A DNA stretch of 64,000 nt. Origin: an uncultured Collinsella sp. Its GTDB lineage: Bacteria > Actinomycetota > Coriobacteriia > Coriobacteriales > Coriobacteriaceae. Position 1 is the first letter of the stretch, and every line of letters begins with the position of its first letter. The notes under the pieces are model-generated. The model made no database searches, was not told the DNA's origin, and was given only the letters and a program-made list of their open reading frames with translations. Position numbers and translations under genes: made by a program. Shown in pieces: positions 46,557 through 57,677 of this stretch. The stretch covers positions 834 through 64,833 of the forward strand of contig URNI01000001.1 of NCBI GenBank assembly GCA_900549135.1. Direction: 5' to 3'.

Positions 46557-47744
46557 ATGTCGAGCCTCACCGGTAAGTCATTGAACCCTGTTATGAATCG
46601 CAGGAGCGTTATCGCGAGCGCAGCAGGTCTGGGGGCGATGTCCATTCTAGCTGGCTGCTCCTCCAACGGCGGCGACAGCGGTTCCGCGTCGGGCGACGCT
46701 TCGTTTAAGATCGGCACCATCGGCCCGCTGACCGGTGCCAACGCGTCCTACGGCAAGTCCGTTACACAGGCTGTCGAGCTTGGCTGCAAGGATTTCTCGA
46801 CCAAGGAGCTGCCGCTTGTCAGCAAGGCCGAGGACGACCAGGCTGACGGCGAGAAGGCCGTCAACGCCTTCAACACCCTGCTCGACTGGGGCATGCAGGC
46901 CCTTGTCGGTCCGACCACCACGGGTGCGTCGGTCGCCGTTGCTGCTGAGTGCGGTAACGACCCCGAGACGTTCATGATTACCCCGTCCGCGTCCTCCGAG
47001 GACGTTACCAAGGGCAAGGATTGCGTCTTCCAGGTTTGCTTTACCGACCCCAACCAAGGTGTCAACGCTGCCAAGTTCCTGGCGCAGAAGTATGCGAACG
47101 AGAAGTTCGTGCTGTTCTATAACTCCGGCGACGCCTATTCTTCGGGCATCGCAGATTCCTTTAAGGCCCAGGCCGCTAAGTCTAAGCTTGAGATTGTCGA
47201 CGAGGAGACCTTTAAGGACGACTCCGCCACGAGCTTTACCAACCAGCTGACCAAGGCCAAGCAGGCAGGCGCCACCATGATCTTTGCGCCGATCTACTAC
47301 ACGCCGGCGTCCGTCCTGCTCAAGAACGCCAAGGACATGGGCTACGACGTCAAGATGATGGGCTGCGACGGCATGGATGGCATCCTGGGCGTTGAGGGCT
47401 TCGACACCTCTCTTGCCGAGGGTCTGCTGCTCATGACCCCGTTTTCCGCCGACGACGAGAAGAACGCCGACTTCGTCAACGCTTACAAAGATAAGTACGG
47501 CGATACCCCCGACCAGTTTGCCGCCGACGCCTACGACGGCGTGCATGCTGTGGTCGAGGCTCTCAAGGAGGCCGGCCTGGGTGTCGACGCCGATCCCACC
47601 GAGGTTGCCGAGAAGCTTCCCGAGGCTATGCGCAACATTACTGTTGACGGCCTGACTGGCAAGCTCTCCTGGAACGACAAGGGCCAGGTCCAGAAGGAGC
47701 CCACGGCGTACGTCATCACCGATGGCAAGTACGTACAGGCCTAA
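46557..47744 (+). CDS. livK: Second branched-chain amino acid ABC substrate-binding lipoprotein (paralog)
   Basis: NRRSVI, LAGC; long stretches nearly identical to 45120..46286. Confidence 0.85.
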   Translation: MSSLTGKSLNPVMNRRSVIASAAGLGAMSILAGCSSNGGDSGSASGDASFKIGTIGPLTGANASYGKSVTQAVELGCKDFSTKELPLVSKAEDDQADGEKAVNAFNTLLDWGMQALVGPTTTGASVAVAAECGNDPETFMITPSASSEDVTKGKDCVFQVCFTDPNQGVNAAKFLAQKYANEKFVLFYNSGDAYSSGIADSFKAQAAKSKLEIVDEETFKDDSATSFTNQLTKAKQAGATMIFAPIYYTPASVLLKNAKDMGYDVKMMGCDGMDGILGVEGFDTSLAEGLLLMTPFSADDEKNADFVNAYKDKYGDTPDQFAADAYDGVHAVVEALKEAGLGVDADPTEVAEKLPEAMRNITVDGLTGKLSWNDKGQVQKEPTAYVITDGKYVQA

Positions 47745-47883
47745 TTGGCCGCCTTACATAGAGCGGTTTTGATCCCAAGCAGGGGAGGTTTTGGCCTTCC
47801 CTGCTTGCTTGGTATCTAGGGACAGTGTAACGTCCCTGTTTCATACATTAACTGGAAACCTATTCGAAAGGGGGATGTGGAAC

Positions 47884-48765
47884 ATGACGGTCTTTATCCA
47901 ATACCTGGTCAACGGCCTGTCCATGGGCAGCGTCTACGCCATCATCGCGTTGGGCTACACCATGGTCTACGGTATCGCCAAGATGCTGAACTTCGCTCAC
48001 GGCGATGTCATCATGGTCGGTGCCTATGTCTCGTTCTGCGCCACGTCGTATCTCGGCCTTCCGGGCTGGGCATCTGTAGCTCTCTCTTGTGTGGTCTGCA
48101 CGGTTCTCGGTGTTCTCATCGAGGGTCTGGCATACAAGCCGCTGCGCCAAGCAGGCCCGCTGGCCGTTCTGATCACGGCTATCGGCGTGTCTTACTTCCT
48201 GCAGAACGCCGCGCAGCTTCTGTGGGGCGCCACGCCCAAGAACTTCACTTCGCTCGTCACCTTCCAGGTGCCGGAGTTCTTGGCCAAGTTCAACGTGAGC
48301 GCCGTCTCGCTCGTCACCATCGTCGCCTGCCTGGTTATCATGGCCGGCCTGATGTTCTTTACAGGTAAGACCAAGATGGGCAAGGCCATGCGCGCCGTGT
48401 CCGAGGACAAGGCTGCCGCTCAGCTCATGGGCATCAACGTCAACCGCACCATTTCGATGACGTTTGCCATCGGCTCTGCCCTTGCCGCCATCGCCGGCGT
48501 GCTGCTGTGCTCCTACTCGCCGGTGCTGCAGCCCACGACGGGTGCTATGCCTGGCATCAAGGCCTTCGACGCCGCTGTCTTCGGTGGCATCGGCTCCATC
48601 CCCGGCGCTTTTGTCGGTGGCATTCTCATCGGCATCATCGAGGCGATGGCGCAGGCTTACATTTCCACGAGCCTTGCCAACTCCATCGTCTTTGGTGTTT
48701 TGATCATCGTCCTGCTCGTCAAGCCTGCCGGCCTCTTGGGCAAGTACGTCCCCGAGAAGGTGTAG
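47884..48765 (+). CDS. livH: Branched-chain amino acid ABC permease
   Basis: NGLSMGSVYAIIALGYTMVYG, NFAHGD and GGIGSIPGA. Confidence 0.9.
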   Translation: MTVFIQYLVNGLSMGSVYAIIALGYTMVYGIAKMLNFAHGDVIMVGAYVSFCATSYLGLPGWASVALSCVVCTVLGVLIEGLAYKPLRQAGPLAVLITAIGVSYFLQNAAQLLWGATPKNFTSLVTFQVPEFLAKFNVSAVSLVTIVACLVIMAGLMFFTGKTKMGKAMRAVSEDKAAAQLMGINVNRTISMTFAIGSALAAIAGVLLCSYSPVLQPTTGAMPGIKAFDAAVFGGIGSIPGAFVGGILIGIIEAMAQAYISTSLANSIVFGVLIIVLLVKPAGLLGKYVPEKV

Positions 48766-49843
48766 GTGAGCGTTATGAAGTTTCTTAAAGACAAGCAGAC
48801 GCGTCACGACTTTGTTACGTACGCCATGTGCGTTGTGGCGTTCGCCATCGTGTTCTTTATGCAGTCCAACCACATGATCCCGCGCATGATTGCTGGTCAG
48901 TTGGTTCCTATTACGGCCTACATCGTCATGGCCATTTCCCTCAACCTTGTCGTCGGCATCGCGGGCGACCTGTCGCTGGGCCATGCGGGCTTTATGAGTG
49001 TCGGTGCCTACACGGGCATCGTCACCGCGGTCGCGCTGGAGAGCGCCGTTCCCTCCGATCCGGTGCGCCTTATCATCAGTATCGTGGTCGGTGCCATCGC
49101 CGCTGCCATCTTGGGCTTCTTGATTGGTATCCCGGTCCTGCGCCTGAGCGGCGATTACCTGGCTATCGTGACGCTGGCCTTTGGCGAGATCATCAAAGAG
49201 ATCGTCACCTGCCTCATTGTGGGCGTCGACTCCCGCGGCCTGCACGTGATCTTTAACATCACGGGCAACTCTACGATCGACGACCTGCACCTGCTCGAGG
49301 ACGGCACCGCCATCATCAAGGGCGCCCAGGGCGCCTCGGGCGTGTCGACGTACTCGACCTTCCTCGCCGGTGCCATCCTGGTCATGGTCGCACTCGTGAT
49401 CGTGCTCAACCTGGTTCGCAGCCGTACCGGCCGTGCCATTATGGCCGTGCGCGATAACAAGATTGCAGCCGAGTCCGTAGGCATCTCCGTCACCGAGTAC
49501 CGCATGATCGCCTTCGTGGTTTCCGCTGCCCTCGCCGGTGCTGCCGGAGCCCTCTTCGGCGGTAACTTCTCGCAGCTCTCCGCCACCAAGTTCGACTTCA
49601 ACACGTCCATTCTCATCCTGGTGTTCGTGGTCCTGGGCGGCCTGGGCAACATGCGCGGTTCCGTCATCGCGGCGGCGTTGCTCACGGTGCTTCCCGAGCT
49701 GCTTCGTCAGTTCTCGGACTACCGCATGCTCATCTACGCCATCGTGCTGATCCTGGTCATGATTTTTACCAACAACCCGCAGCTCAAGGCGTTCTTCGGT
49801 CGCGTCAAGGACCGCTTTGCTTCCAAGAAGGAGGTGGCAGCCG

Positions 49844-49854
<11 letters not shown>
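48766..49854 (+). CDS. livM: Branched-chain amino acid ABC permease
   Basis: SLGHAGFMSVGAY, LRLSGDYLAIVTLAFGEI and VLGGLG. Confidence 0.9.
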
Positions 49855-50704
<850 letters not shown>

Positions 50705-51418
50705 ATGGCAGAGCCGATGCTTTCCGTCTACAACATCAACGTCTGGTACGGCGCCATCCACGCCATTAAGGACATCTCCTTTAACGTTAACGAGGGCGAG
50801 ATCGTGGCCTTGATTGGTGCCAACGGTGCCGGCAAGTCCACAACGCTCAAGACCGTCTCGGGCCTGCTGCGTTCCAAGACCGGTTCCATCAAGTTTATGG
50901 GTGAGGACATTACTCATACGCCCGCTGATAAGCTGGTTGGTAAGGGCCTGGCTCAGGTTCCCGAGGGTCGTCGCGCCTTTTTGCAGATGACGGTCGAGGA
51001 GAACCTGGAGATGGGTGCCTATGCGCAGCCCAAGTCCACGGTGGCTCCGGGCCTGGAGCGCGTCTACGAGCAGTTCCCGCGCCTGAAGGAACGTCGTCGC
51101 CAGGTCGCCGGCACCCTTTCAGGCGGCGAGCAGCAGATGCTCGTTATGGGGCGCGCCCTTATGAGTAACCCCAAACTGCTTATGCTCGACGAACCTTCCA
51201 TGGGTCTGGCACCGATTCTGATCGAACAGATCTTCCAAATTGTCGAGGATCTGCACAAGGCCGGCACCACGGTGCTTCTGGTCGAGCAGAACGCACAGAT
51301 GGCTCTTTCCATCGCCACACGCGGCTATGTGCTCGAGACCGGCAAGATCACCATGACCGGCACCGGCCAAGAGCTACTGCACGACGACAACGTGCGTAAA
51401 GCCTACCTGGGTGGTTAA
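50705..51418 (+). CDS. livF: Branched-chain amino acid ABC ATP-binding protein
   Basis: GANGAGKST, VPEGRR, LSGGEQQM and LDEPSMGLAP. Confidence 0.9.
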   Translation: MAEPMLSVYNINVWYGAIHAIKDISFNVNEGEIVALIGANGAGKSTTLKTVSGLLRSKTGSIKFMGEDITHTPADKLVGKGLAQVPEGRRAFLQMTVEENLEMGAYAQPKSTVAPGLERVYEQFPRLKERRRQVAGTLSGGEQQMLVMGRALMSNPKLLMLDEPSMGLAPILIEQIFQIVEDLHKAGTTVLLVEQNAQMALSIATRGYVLETGKITMTGTGQELLHDDNVRKAYLGG

Positions 51419-51428
51419 TCCATTCAAC

Positions 51429-51465
51429 AAAGGGGACGCTGACCAACCCGGTCAGCGCCCCCTTT
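51429..51465 (+). terminator. Terminator of the liv operon
   Basis: AAAGGGGACGCTGACC-loop-GGTCAGCGCCCCCTTT. Confidence 0.7.
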
Positions 51466-51534
51466 AAGTTGCGGTGGAATAGGGACTAAATGGGAGTCTC
51501 AGAGGCCAAAAGAGTCCCTATTCCACCGCAACTT
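51466..51534. repeat. Perfect 22-bp inverted repeat with 25-bp spacer
   Basis: AAGTTGCGGTGGAATAGGGACT (51466-51487) pairs with AGTCCCTATTCCACCGCAACTT (51513-51534). Confidence 0.85.
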
Positions 51535-51592
51535 CATGGGGATGTGTGACAATGCCCGTCGGAAAACATCTGCTGTCTTTGGGGGTCTATCT

Positions 51593-52270
51593 ATGGTGTA
51601 CGAGTTTTGTGCCGAGAACTTTGAGCGGGTGCCGGCGGCTATCGATGCCGGTGCAAGGCGTATTGAACTGTGCGACAACCTTGCCGTCGGTGGCACTACA
51701 CCCTCGGCCGGTGTTATCAGCGCTACAGTCAGCTATGCTCACGAGCATGACGCGCGAGTGATGTGCATGATTCGCCCGCGTGGCGGTGACTTTCATTACA
51801 ACCAAGACGAGCTGCGCATGATGGAGATGGACCTGGGCCTTGCCGTAAGCGCCGGCGTTGACGGCTTGGTCTTTGGCAGCTGCAAGCCCTGCGCTGGCGG
51901 ATGGGCGCTCGACGAGCTTACGTTGGGCGCCCTCGTGATGGCCGCGGGCTGCGCGACCGAGGAATGCAAGCGTGAGCCCATCGACATCACCTTCCACATG
52001 GCGTTTGATCAGCTCTCGCCCGAGGCTCAGCTCGACGCGATTGACATACTCGTCGACTGCGGCATCACACGCATCTTGACGCATGGCGGCGCTGCCGGTA
52101 CGCCGATCGAGGACAACTTCGAAAACCTGGCCCGCTTGATCGAGTATGCGGGCGATCGCTTGACCATCCTTCCCGGCGGCGGCATTTCCACGGCCAACCG
52201 CGATACCGTGGCGGCGGCACTGGGCGTCTCCGAGCTCCATGGCACAAGGATCGTACCGCTGGAGGTGTAG
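51593..52270 (+). CDS. cutC: Copper homeostasis protein CutC
   Basis: EFCAEN, RIELCDNLAVGGTTPS, MIRPRGGDF, TFHMAFD and RILTHGG. Confidence 0.9.
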   Translation: MVYEFCAENFERVPAAIDAGARRIELCDNLAVGGTTPSAGVISATVSYAHEHDARVMCMIRPRGGDFHYNQDELRMMEMDLGLAVSAGVDGLVFGSCKPCAGGWALDELTLGALVMAAGCATEECKREPIDITFHMAFDQLSPEAQLDAIDILVDCGITRILTHGGAAGTPIEDNFENLARLIEYAGDRLTILPGGGISTANRDTVAAALGVSELHGTRIVPLEV

Positions 52271-52273
52271 CCC

Positions 52274-53074
52274 GTGGCGCTTGTATTCGATGTTCAGCAG
52301 GCGAGTGGCAAGCCCGACGACAACCGTCGTCCCGGCACCGCGTGCCCCTTTTGCGATACAGAAGGGCTCACCAACATCATCCAGCGCGACGGTGACTGCA
52401 TCTGGCTCGAGAATAAGTTCAAAACCCTGCGCGCCACCCATCAAACCGTGCTAATCGAGTCGGCCGATCACGATGCCGACCTGGTGACCTATGAGCCGGA
52501 TGAACTCCACCATGTGATGCGGTTTGCCCTGGGTTGCTGGCAGCAGATGATCGATTCACAGCAGTATCGAAGCGTGCTCATGTACAAGAACAAGGGTCCG
52601 CTCTCGGGCGGTAGTCTCGTTCATCCGCACATGCAGATTGTGGGTTTGGAGCAGGAAGACGGCTACACTTCGCTGACTTCTGCCAATTTCGAAGGCATCA
52701 ATGTCTGGCAACAGGGGAGGATCTCGGTCAACATCTCAACCGAACCCATCATGGGGTTCTTTGAGGTCAACGTTTCAGCCCCGCAGGGAATCGCTGCCAG
52801 CGATGGCATGCGAGACCAAGCCGAGGCGGATCTCTTCGCCGATGCGATCCAGGTGGCTCTGCGCTATATCCTGAACGAGCACCACGGTGGTCGCGCAGAG
52901 TCGTACAACCTGTTCTTCTATCACCTGGGCGGTCGGACCATTGCCAAGGCGCTGCCGCGTTGGGTGGTTTCGCCCTACTTTGTCGGCTATCGTTTGGCCC
53001 AGGTCAATGCTGAGACCACGCTCGATGTCGATGCGGAGCGACTCCGCGCACATCTGGAGGCGCTCACATCGTAA
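52274..53074 (+). CDS. DUF4931 family GalT/HIT-like protein
   Basis: CPFCD, WLENKF, QTVLIES and KNKGPLSGGSLVHPHMQIVG. Confidence 0.75.
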   Translation: MALVFDVQQASGKPDDNRRPGTACPFCDTEGLTNIIQRDGDCIWLENKFKTLRATHQTVLIESADHDADLVTYEPDELHHVMRFALGCWQQMIDSQQYRSVLMYKNKGPLSGGSLVHPHMQIVGLEQEDGYTSLTSANFEGINVWQQGRISVNISTEPIMGFFEVNVSAPQGIAASDGMRDQAEADLFADAIQVALRYILNEHHGGRAESYNLFFYHLGGRTIAKALPRWVVSPYFVGYRLAQVNAETTLDVDAERLRAHLEALTS

Positions 53075-53101
53075 AGTGAGCGCCCGCACACTGCGGACGG
53101 T

Positions 53102-54100
53102 TTAGCGCGCCATTGCATCGCGGCCGGCCTTGACGCGCTTGCGCTGGGCGGCGCGCTCCTCGCCGGTCAGACGCTCAAAGAAGTGCCCGATAAGCGAGGC
53201 GAGCACCTGCTGAAACAACGTTCCACACATGACGGGAAACACAACTTCGCCCGGAAAGTATTGCGTGGCGATGACGGCGCCCGAAGAGATATTGCGCATA
53301 CCGCAGGTAAAGCACATGGTGGTCGTTTCGCTATATGGCAGATGCAGCGCGCGGGCGACCAGAATGCCGACGACAAAGCCGCTGATGACGAAGACCAAAA
53401 TAAAGAGGGCGACTTCCAAGCGCACCGCGTTCATGTGCAGCACGTACTCGCTCATGGCGGTGGAGTTGGAGGCGATAACGCCCATCATCATGAACTTGCA
53501 GGCGGGCGAGAGCGCGGGGGAGAGCTTCTCGTGTCCCCATCCGCGCGTGAGCCCGTTGATCACGATGCCGAGCACGGCGGGGATGGCGATCATAAAGGCC
53601 ATGTTCTGCATCATGCTCGGCACGTCGATCGAGACGGTGGCGCCCAGCAGGAGCTTGAGCGTAAGCGGAATCGTCACAGGGGAGATGACCGAGGACGTCA
53701 GGATGATGGTGAGCGCGAGCGGGCCGTTGCCGCCGAACATGCTGATCCACATAAAAGCGGTGACTGCCACGGGCACACTGTATTCGAGCACGATGCCGCA
53801 GACAAGGTTGGGGTTGGAACCAAAGAACAACGATCCCATGGCATAGGCCGCGATGGGAATAAGCGCCGCCGAGACCAACAACGCCAGAATCAGGTGCAGC
53901 GGACGGTGGAACACCTCGGCTACCTGGTGAAAGGTGTTGCTGAGCGCACCCTGAAACGTCATAAAGGCGAAGAGGGCGGGAACAATGGGCTTGAGAACGC
54001 CGATCTGTTGAGGAAAGAGCACGCCGAGCGCCACACAAATCGGAACGATGATCTGCATGTGCCCCGCGAGGAACTTCCCCAGTCCAGCCCATTGCTTCAT
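53102..54100 (-). CDS. Bile acid:sodium symporter (BASS/SBF) family transporter
   Basis: LFAFMTF, P.AVTAFMW, GGNGPLAL and GMRNISSG; multiple TM helices. Confidence 0.8.
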   Translation of the reverse strand: MKQWAGLGKFLAGHMQIIVPICVALGVLFPQQIGVLKPIVPALFAFMTFQGALSNTFHQVAEVFHRPLHLILALLVSAALIPIAAYAMGSLFFGSNPNLVCGIVLEYSVPVAVTAFMWISMFGGNGPLALTIILTSSVISPVTIPLTLKLLLGATVSIDVPSMMQNMAFMIAIPAVLGIVINGLTRGWGHEKLSPALSPACKFMMMGVIASNSTAMSEYVLHMNAVRLEVALFILVFVISGFVVGILVARALHLPYSETTTMCFTCGMRNISSGAVIATQYFPGEVVFPVMCGTLFQQVLASLIGHFFERLTGEERAAQRKRVKAGRDAMAR

Positions 54101-54374
54101 ATGCCCCGCGACTCCCTTTATCCGCGAACTTGTTTGTATGGATATGCTAGACGCTCGTATGTGTCCGTGCGGCTGAAACGCTCGATTGTTTCGAGGCCAT
54201 TACCGCCATCGTTTGCCGAAACCGCGGCGCACCGCGGCGTTTTGCGTCCGCGCTGCACGGTATAATAAATCCGTACAACAGATCTGCCTGCCGAAGCGGG
54301 CATACACAGAGGACTCATCGCTATGAACCGTGAGAGGTATCGCGGCGACCTGCTCCTATCGGGGGTGGGTGCCT

Positions 54375-57300
54375 ATGTCATCGCTTAAGACGACGCATCG
54401 CTGGGCGGTCGCTCAGCAAAATCCCGAGCTCGAAAAGGAACTTTCGGCTGGTCTGGGCATTCCTGGGCTGGTGGCGCGCATTATGGTCGCGCACAGCATT
54501 ACATCCATCGAGGAAGGCCAGCTGTTTTTGACGCCTTCGCTCGATCGCGACTGGGCCGACCCACTCATTATCCCGGGCATGTCGGTCGTTGCCGACCGCG
54601 TTGAGCGCGCTATTCGCAACCACGAGCACATTGCAGTCTTTGGCGATTTTGACGTTGACGGCATTACGTCGACCTGCCTGTTGACCGAGGCGCTGCGCAC
54701 GTTTGGCGCCGATGTCACGCCGTTTATTCCGCATCGCTTTGATGAGGGCTACGGTCTTTCGCGCGCGGCACTCGACCGCGTTAACGAGCTCGCTCGCCCC
54801 CAGCTGATCGTGACCGTCGATAACGGCATTGCCGCCAAGGAAGAGGTTTCCTATCTGGAGAGCCTGGGGATCGATTTGGTGGTCACGGACCATCACGAGC
54901 CCTCCGACCAGGTGCCGCAGGGTGTGCCCCTGACCGACCCCAAGCTCGAGGACGAGGGCCCCTCGCGCGAGCTTGCCGGTGCTGGTGTGGCGCTCAAGCT
55001 GGTGCAAGTCCTGGGTGAGCGCCTGGGCAAGCCGTCGTATTGGCGTTCGCTAATCGAGGTCGCGGCGCTGGGCACCGTGTCCGACATGATGCCGCTCACG
55101 CCCGAGAACCGCGCGCTGGTTGCCGAGGGCATCCAGCAGATGCGCGTAACCGCTCGCCCCGGCTATATCGCGCTTGCCGCGCTCGCCAAGGCGGACCTTT
55201 CGAGCATTACGGCGGATGGCCTGTCATTCTCGCTCATTCCCCGCTTAAACGCTGCCGGTCGCATGGCCGATCCCAAGCTGGCGCTCGACCTGCTGCTTGC
55301 CCGCAATCCCATCGAAGCAAGCGCGCTGGCGGCTGAGCTCGAGGAAATCAACCGCCAGCGCCGTGAGATCGAGGCGGAGCTCACGCGCGATGCCATGGCA
55401 AAGGTCGAGGAGACCTATGACGGCGGACGCGCGATCGTCGTGGGCGGCGAAGGCTGGCACGAGGGCGTCAAGGGCATCGTGGCAAGCCGTCTGACCAACC
55501 GCTACCACGTGCCGGCGCTGCTGTTCTCGATCGAGGATGGTATCGCGCGCGGCTCTGGTCGCTCGGTGGGCAAAGTTAACCTGTTTGACGCTATCGAGCG
55601 CTGTTCCGATCTGATGATTCGTCGCGGCGGACATGCCGGCGCGGTGGGTGTGACCATCGAGGCGTCCAAGCTCGATGAGTTCCGCCGTCGCCTTTCCGCC
55701 GTGTTGTCCGAGCTTCCCGCCGAGGACTTTGAGGACACCGACGAGGTTGCCGCCACGGTCGACCTTTCCGAGCTGAATATCGAGACTATAGAGCAGATTT
55801 CCCGCCTTGAGCCGTTTGGCCAGGGTAATAAGGTGCCGCTGCTGGCCGCCGAGGGCGTGACGATGTGTGATCGCGCCGTGGTGGGTAAGACCGGCGAGCA
55901 CATGCGCTTTGTGGCGACCGATGGCGCCGCGAGTGTGCCGGCTATTATGTTCCGCGTGCCGCAAATCGATAAGCTCATCAACTGCGATAGCGCTGTCGAC
56001 TTGGTGTTCGAGGCCGTTGCCGAGCATTGGCAGGGTCGTGTGAAGCCCAAGCTCATGGTCAAGGATGTTCTGGTCCGCGATACCACGCTGCCCAGCGTCG
56101 ACGATCCGGCATGCGAGCTTCGTCGTGGCGTGCAGCCGGCGGATTCCGGCCTGCGCTTGGAGTCGCGCAAGCGCGAGACGCTCGCCCAGCTTTCCTATAC
56201 CGAGCTCACGCGCTCGCTTATCCATAGCTTTATCGGCTCGAACCAGCCACATCGCGCGCAGGTCGAGGCGCTCGATGCCCTGGCCGATCACCAAAGTGTT
56301 CTGGCCGTTATGGGAACGGGGCGCGGCAAGTCGCTCATCTTCCATGTGCATGCCGCGCGTGAGGCGGTGCTTCGCGGACGTTCGAGCATCTTTGTCTATC
56401 CGCTGCGTGCGCTCGTTGCCGACCAGGCCTATTACCTCTCGTCGACGATGGCAGCGCTCGGTATTGGTGTTGGCGTGCTGACCGGCGAGACCGTGGAGGC
56501 CGCACGCGATGATGTGTTCGCCGGCCTAGCTTCGGGCCGCACCGGTATCGTGCTCACGACGCCCGAGTTCCTATCTATCCACCGTGACCGCTTCGCACGT
56601 TCGGGCCGCATCGGCTTTGTCGTTATCGACGAGGCGCACCACGCCGGCCTTGCCAAGGGCGGCGACCGCAGCGCCTATCTCGACATGCCCGATATCCTCA
56701 AAGCCCTGGGCGACCCGGTCGTTATGGCTGCGACGGCCACCGCGACGGCTCCGGTCGTGGCCGAGCTTGCCCGCATGCTGCCGATCACTCGCACGGTGGT
56801 CGACGAGACGGTGCGCGAGAACCTGCGGCTCGAGGACGACCGCGATCTTGCAAGTCGCGAGAACCGTTTGGTGTCGATTGTGGCGACGGGGGAAAAGACC
56901 GTCATCTACGTCAATTCGCGCGACCAGTCCGTGGCGCTCGCCAAGACGTTGCGCAAGCGTGTGCCCGATTGCGCAACCCATATCGCGTTCTATAACGCGG
57001 GGCTTGCGCGTTCCGATCGCCGTCGCGTGGAGGAAGCATTCCGAGACGGAAGCCTCAGCTGCATCGTCTCGACATCTGCCTTTGGCGAGGGCGTCAACCT
57101 TCCCGATATTCGCCATGTCGTGCTCTATCACATGCCGTTTGGCGGCATTGAGTTTAACCAGATGAGCGGCCGTGCCGGTCGCGATGGCCAGCCCGCCGTG
57201 ATCCATCTGCTCTATTCGTCGCGCGACGCCCGCATTAACGAGCGCCTACTCGACTGCTATGCGCCCGAGCGCGACGAGCTCGTCACGCTCTATCGCGCGC

Positions 57301-57662
57301 TGCAGACCATGTGGCGCTCCAACCGCGGCAAAACCGGGGACGATTCCTTTAGCGCGAGCGATATCGACATCGCACAGATGTGCCTTGCCATCGATGCTCG
57401 CACGCCGGTCGACGAGCGCTCGGTGGAAAGCGGCCTGGGAATCTTCGAAGAGCTTGGTTTCTGTCGCGTTTCGGGGTTTGACGACACTCGTCGTATCGCG
57501 ATGGCCGAAAACCCCGGCCGCGTGCAATTGAGCAGGTCAATTCGCTATTTGGAGGGCTTGCGCTCGCGCATGGAGTTCTCGGCTTTCCGGAGCTGGGCGC
57601 TCGATTCGTGCGCTTCTGATATGCTAGCCAAAGTTAACCGCCCGATCGTACCGCGGGCCTAG
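54375..57662 (+). CDS. recJ: ssDNA exonuclease RecJ fused to a C-terminal SF2 (RecQ-like) helicase domain
   Basis: GDFDVDG, TVDNG, TDHH, PRLNAAGR, RGSGRS and GGHAGA; then MGTGRGKS, DEAH, TATAT, FGEGVN and QMSGRAGRDG. Confidence 0.9.
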   Translation: MSSLKTTHRWAVAQQNPELEKELSAGLGIPGLVARIMVAHSITSIEEGQLFLTPSLDRDWADPLIIPGMSVVADRVERAIRNHEHIAVFGDFDVDGITSTCLLTEALRTFGADVTPFIPHRFDEGYGLSRAALDRVNELARPQLIVTVDNGIAAKEEVSYLESLGIDLVVTDHHEPSDQVPQGVPLTDPKLEDEGPSRELAGAGVALKLVQVLGERLGKPSYWRSLIEVAALGTVSDMMPLTPENRALVAEGIQQMRVTARPGYIALAALAKADLSSITADGLSFSLIPRLNAAGRMADPKLALDLLLARNPIEASALAAELEEINRQRREIEAELTRDAMAKVEETYDGGRAIVVGGEGWHEGVKGIVASRLTNRYHVPALLFSIEDGIARGSGRSVGKVNLFDAIERCSDLMIRRGGHAGAVGVTIEASKLDEFRRRLSAVLSELPAEDFEDTDEVAATVDLSELNIETIEQISRLEPFGQGNKVPLLAAEGVTMCDRAVVGKTGEHMRFVATDGAASVPAIMFRVPQIDKLINCDSAVDLVFEAVAEHWQGRVKPKLMVKDVLVRDTTLPSVDDPACELRRGVQPADSGLRLESRKRETLAQLSYTELTRSLIHSFIGSNQPHRAQVEALDALADHQSVLAVMGTGRGKSLIFHVHAAREAVLRGRSSIFVYPLRALVADQAYYLSSTMAALGIGVGVLTGETVEAARDDVFAGLASGRTGIVLTTPEFLSIHRDRFARSGRIGFVVIDEAHHAGLAKGGDRSAYLDMPDILKALGDPVVMAATATATAPVVAELARMLPITRTVVDETVRENLRLEDDRDLASRENRLVSIVATGEKTVIYVNSRDQSVALAKTLRKRVPDCATHIAFYNAGLARSDRRRVEEAFRDGSLSCIVSTSAFGEGVNLPDIRHVVLYHMPFGGIEFNQMSGRAGRDGQPAVIHLLYSSRDARINERLLDCYAPERDELVTLYRALQTMWRSNRGKTGDDSFSASDIDIAQMCLAIDARTPVDERSVESGLGIFEELGFCRVSGFDDTRRIAMAENPGRVQLSRSIRYLEGLRSRMEFSAFRSWALDSCASDMLAKVNRPIVPRA

Positions 57663-57677
57663 GGGAAGGGGACCTCG

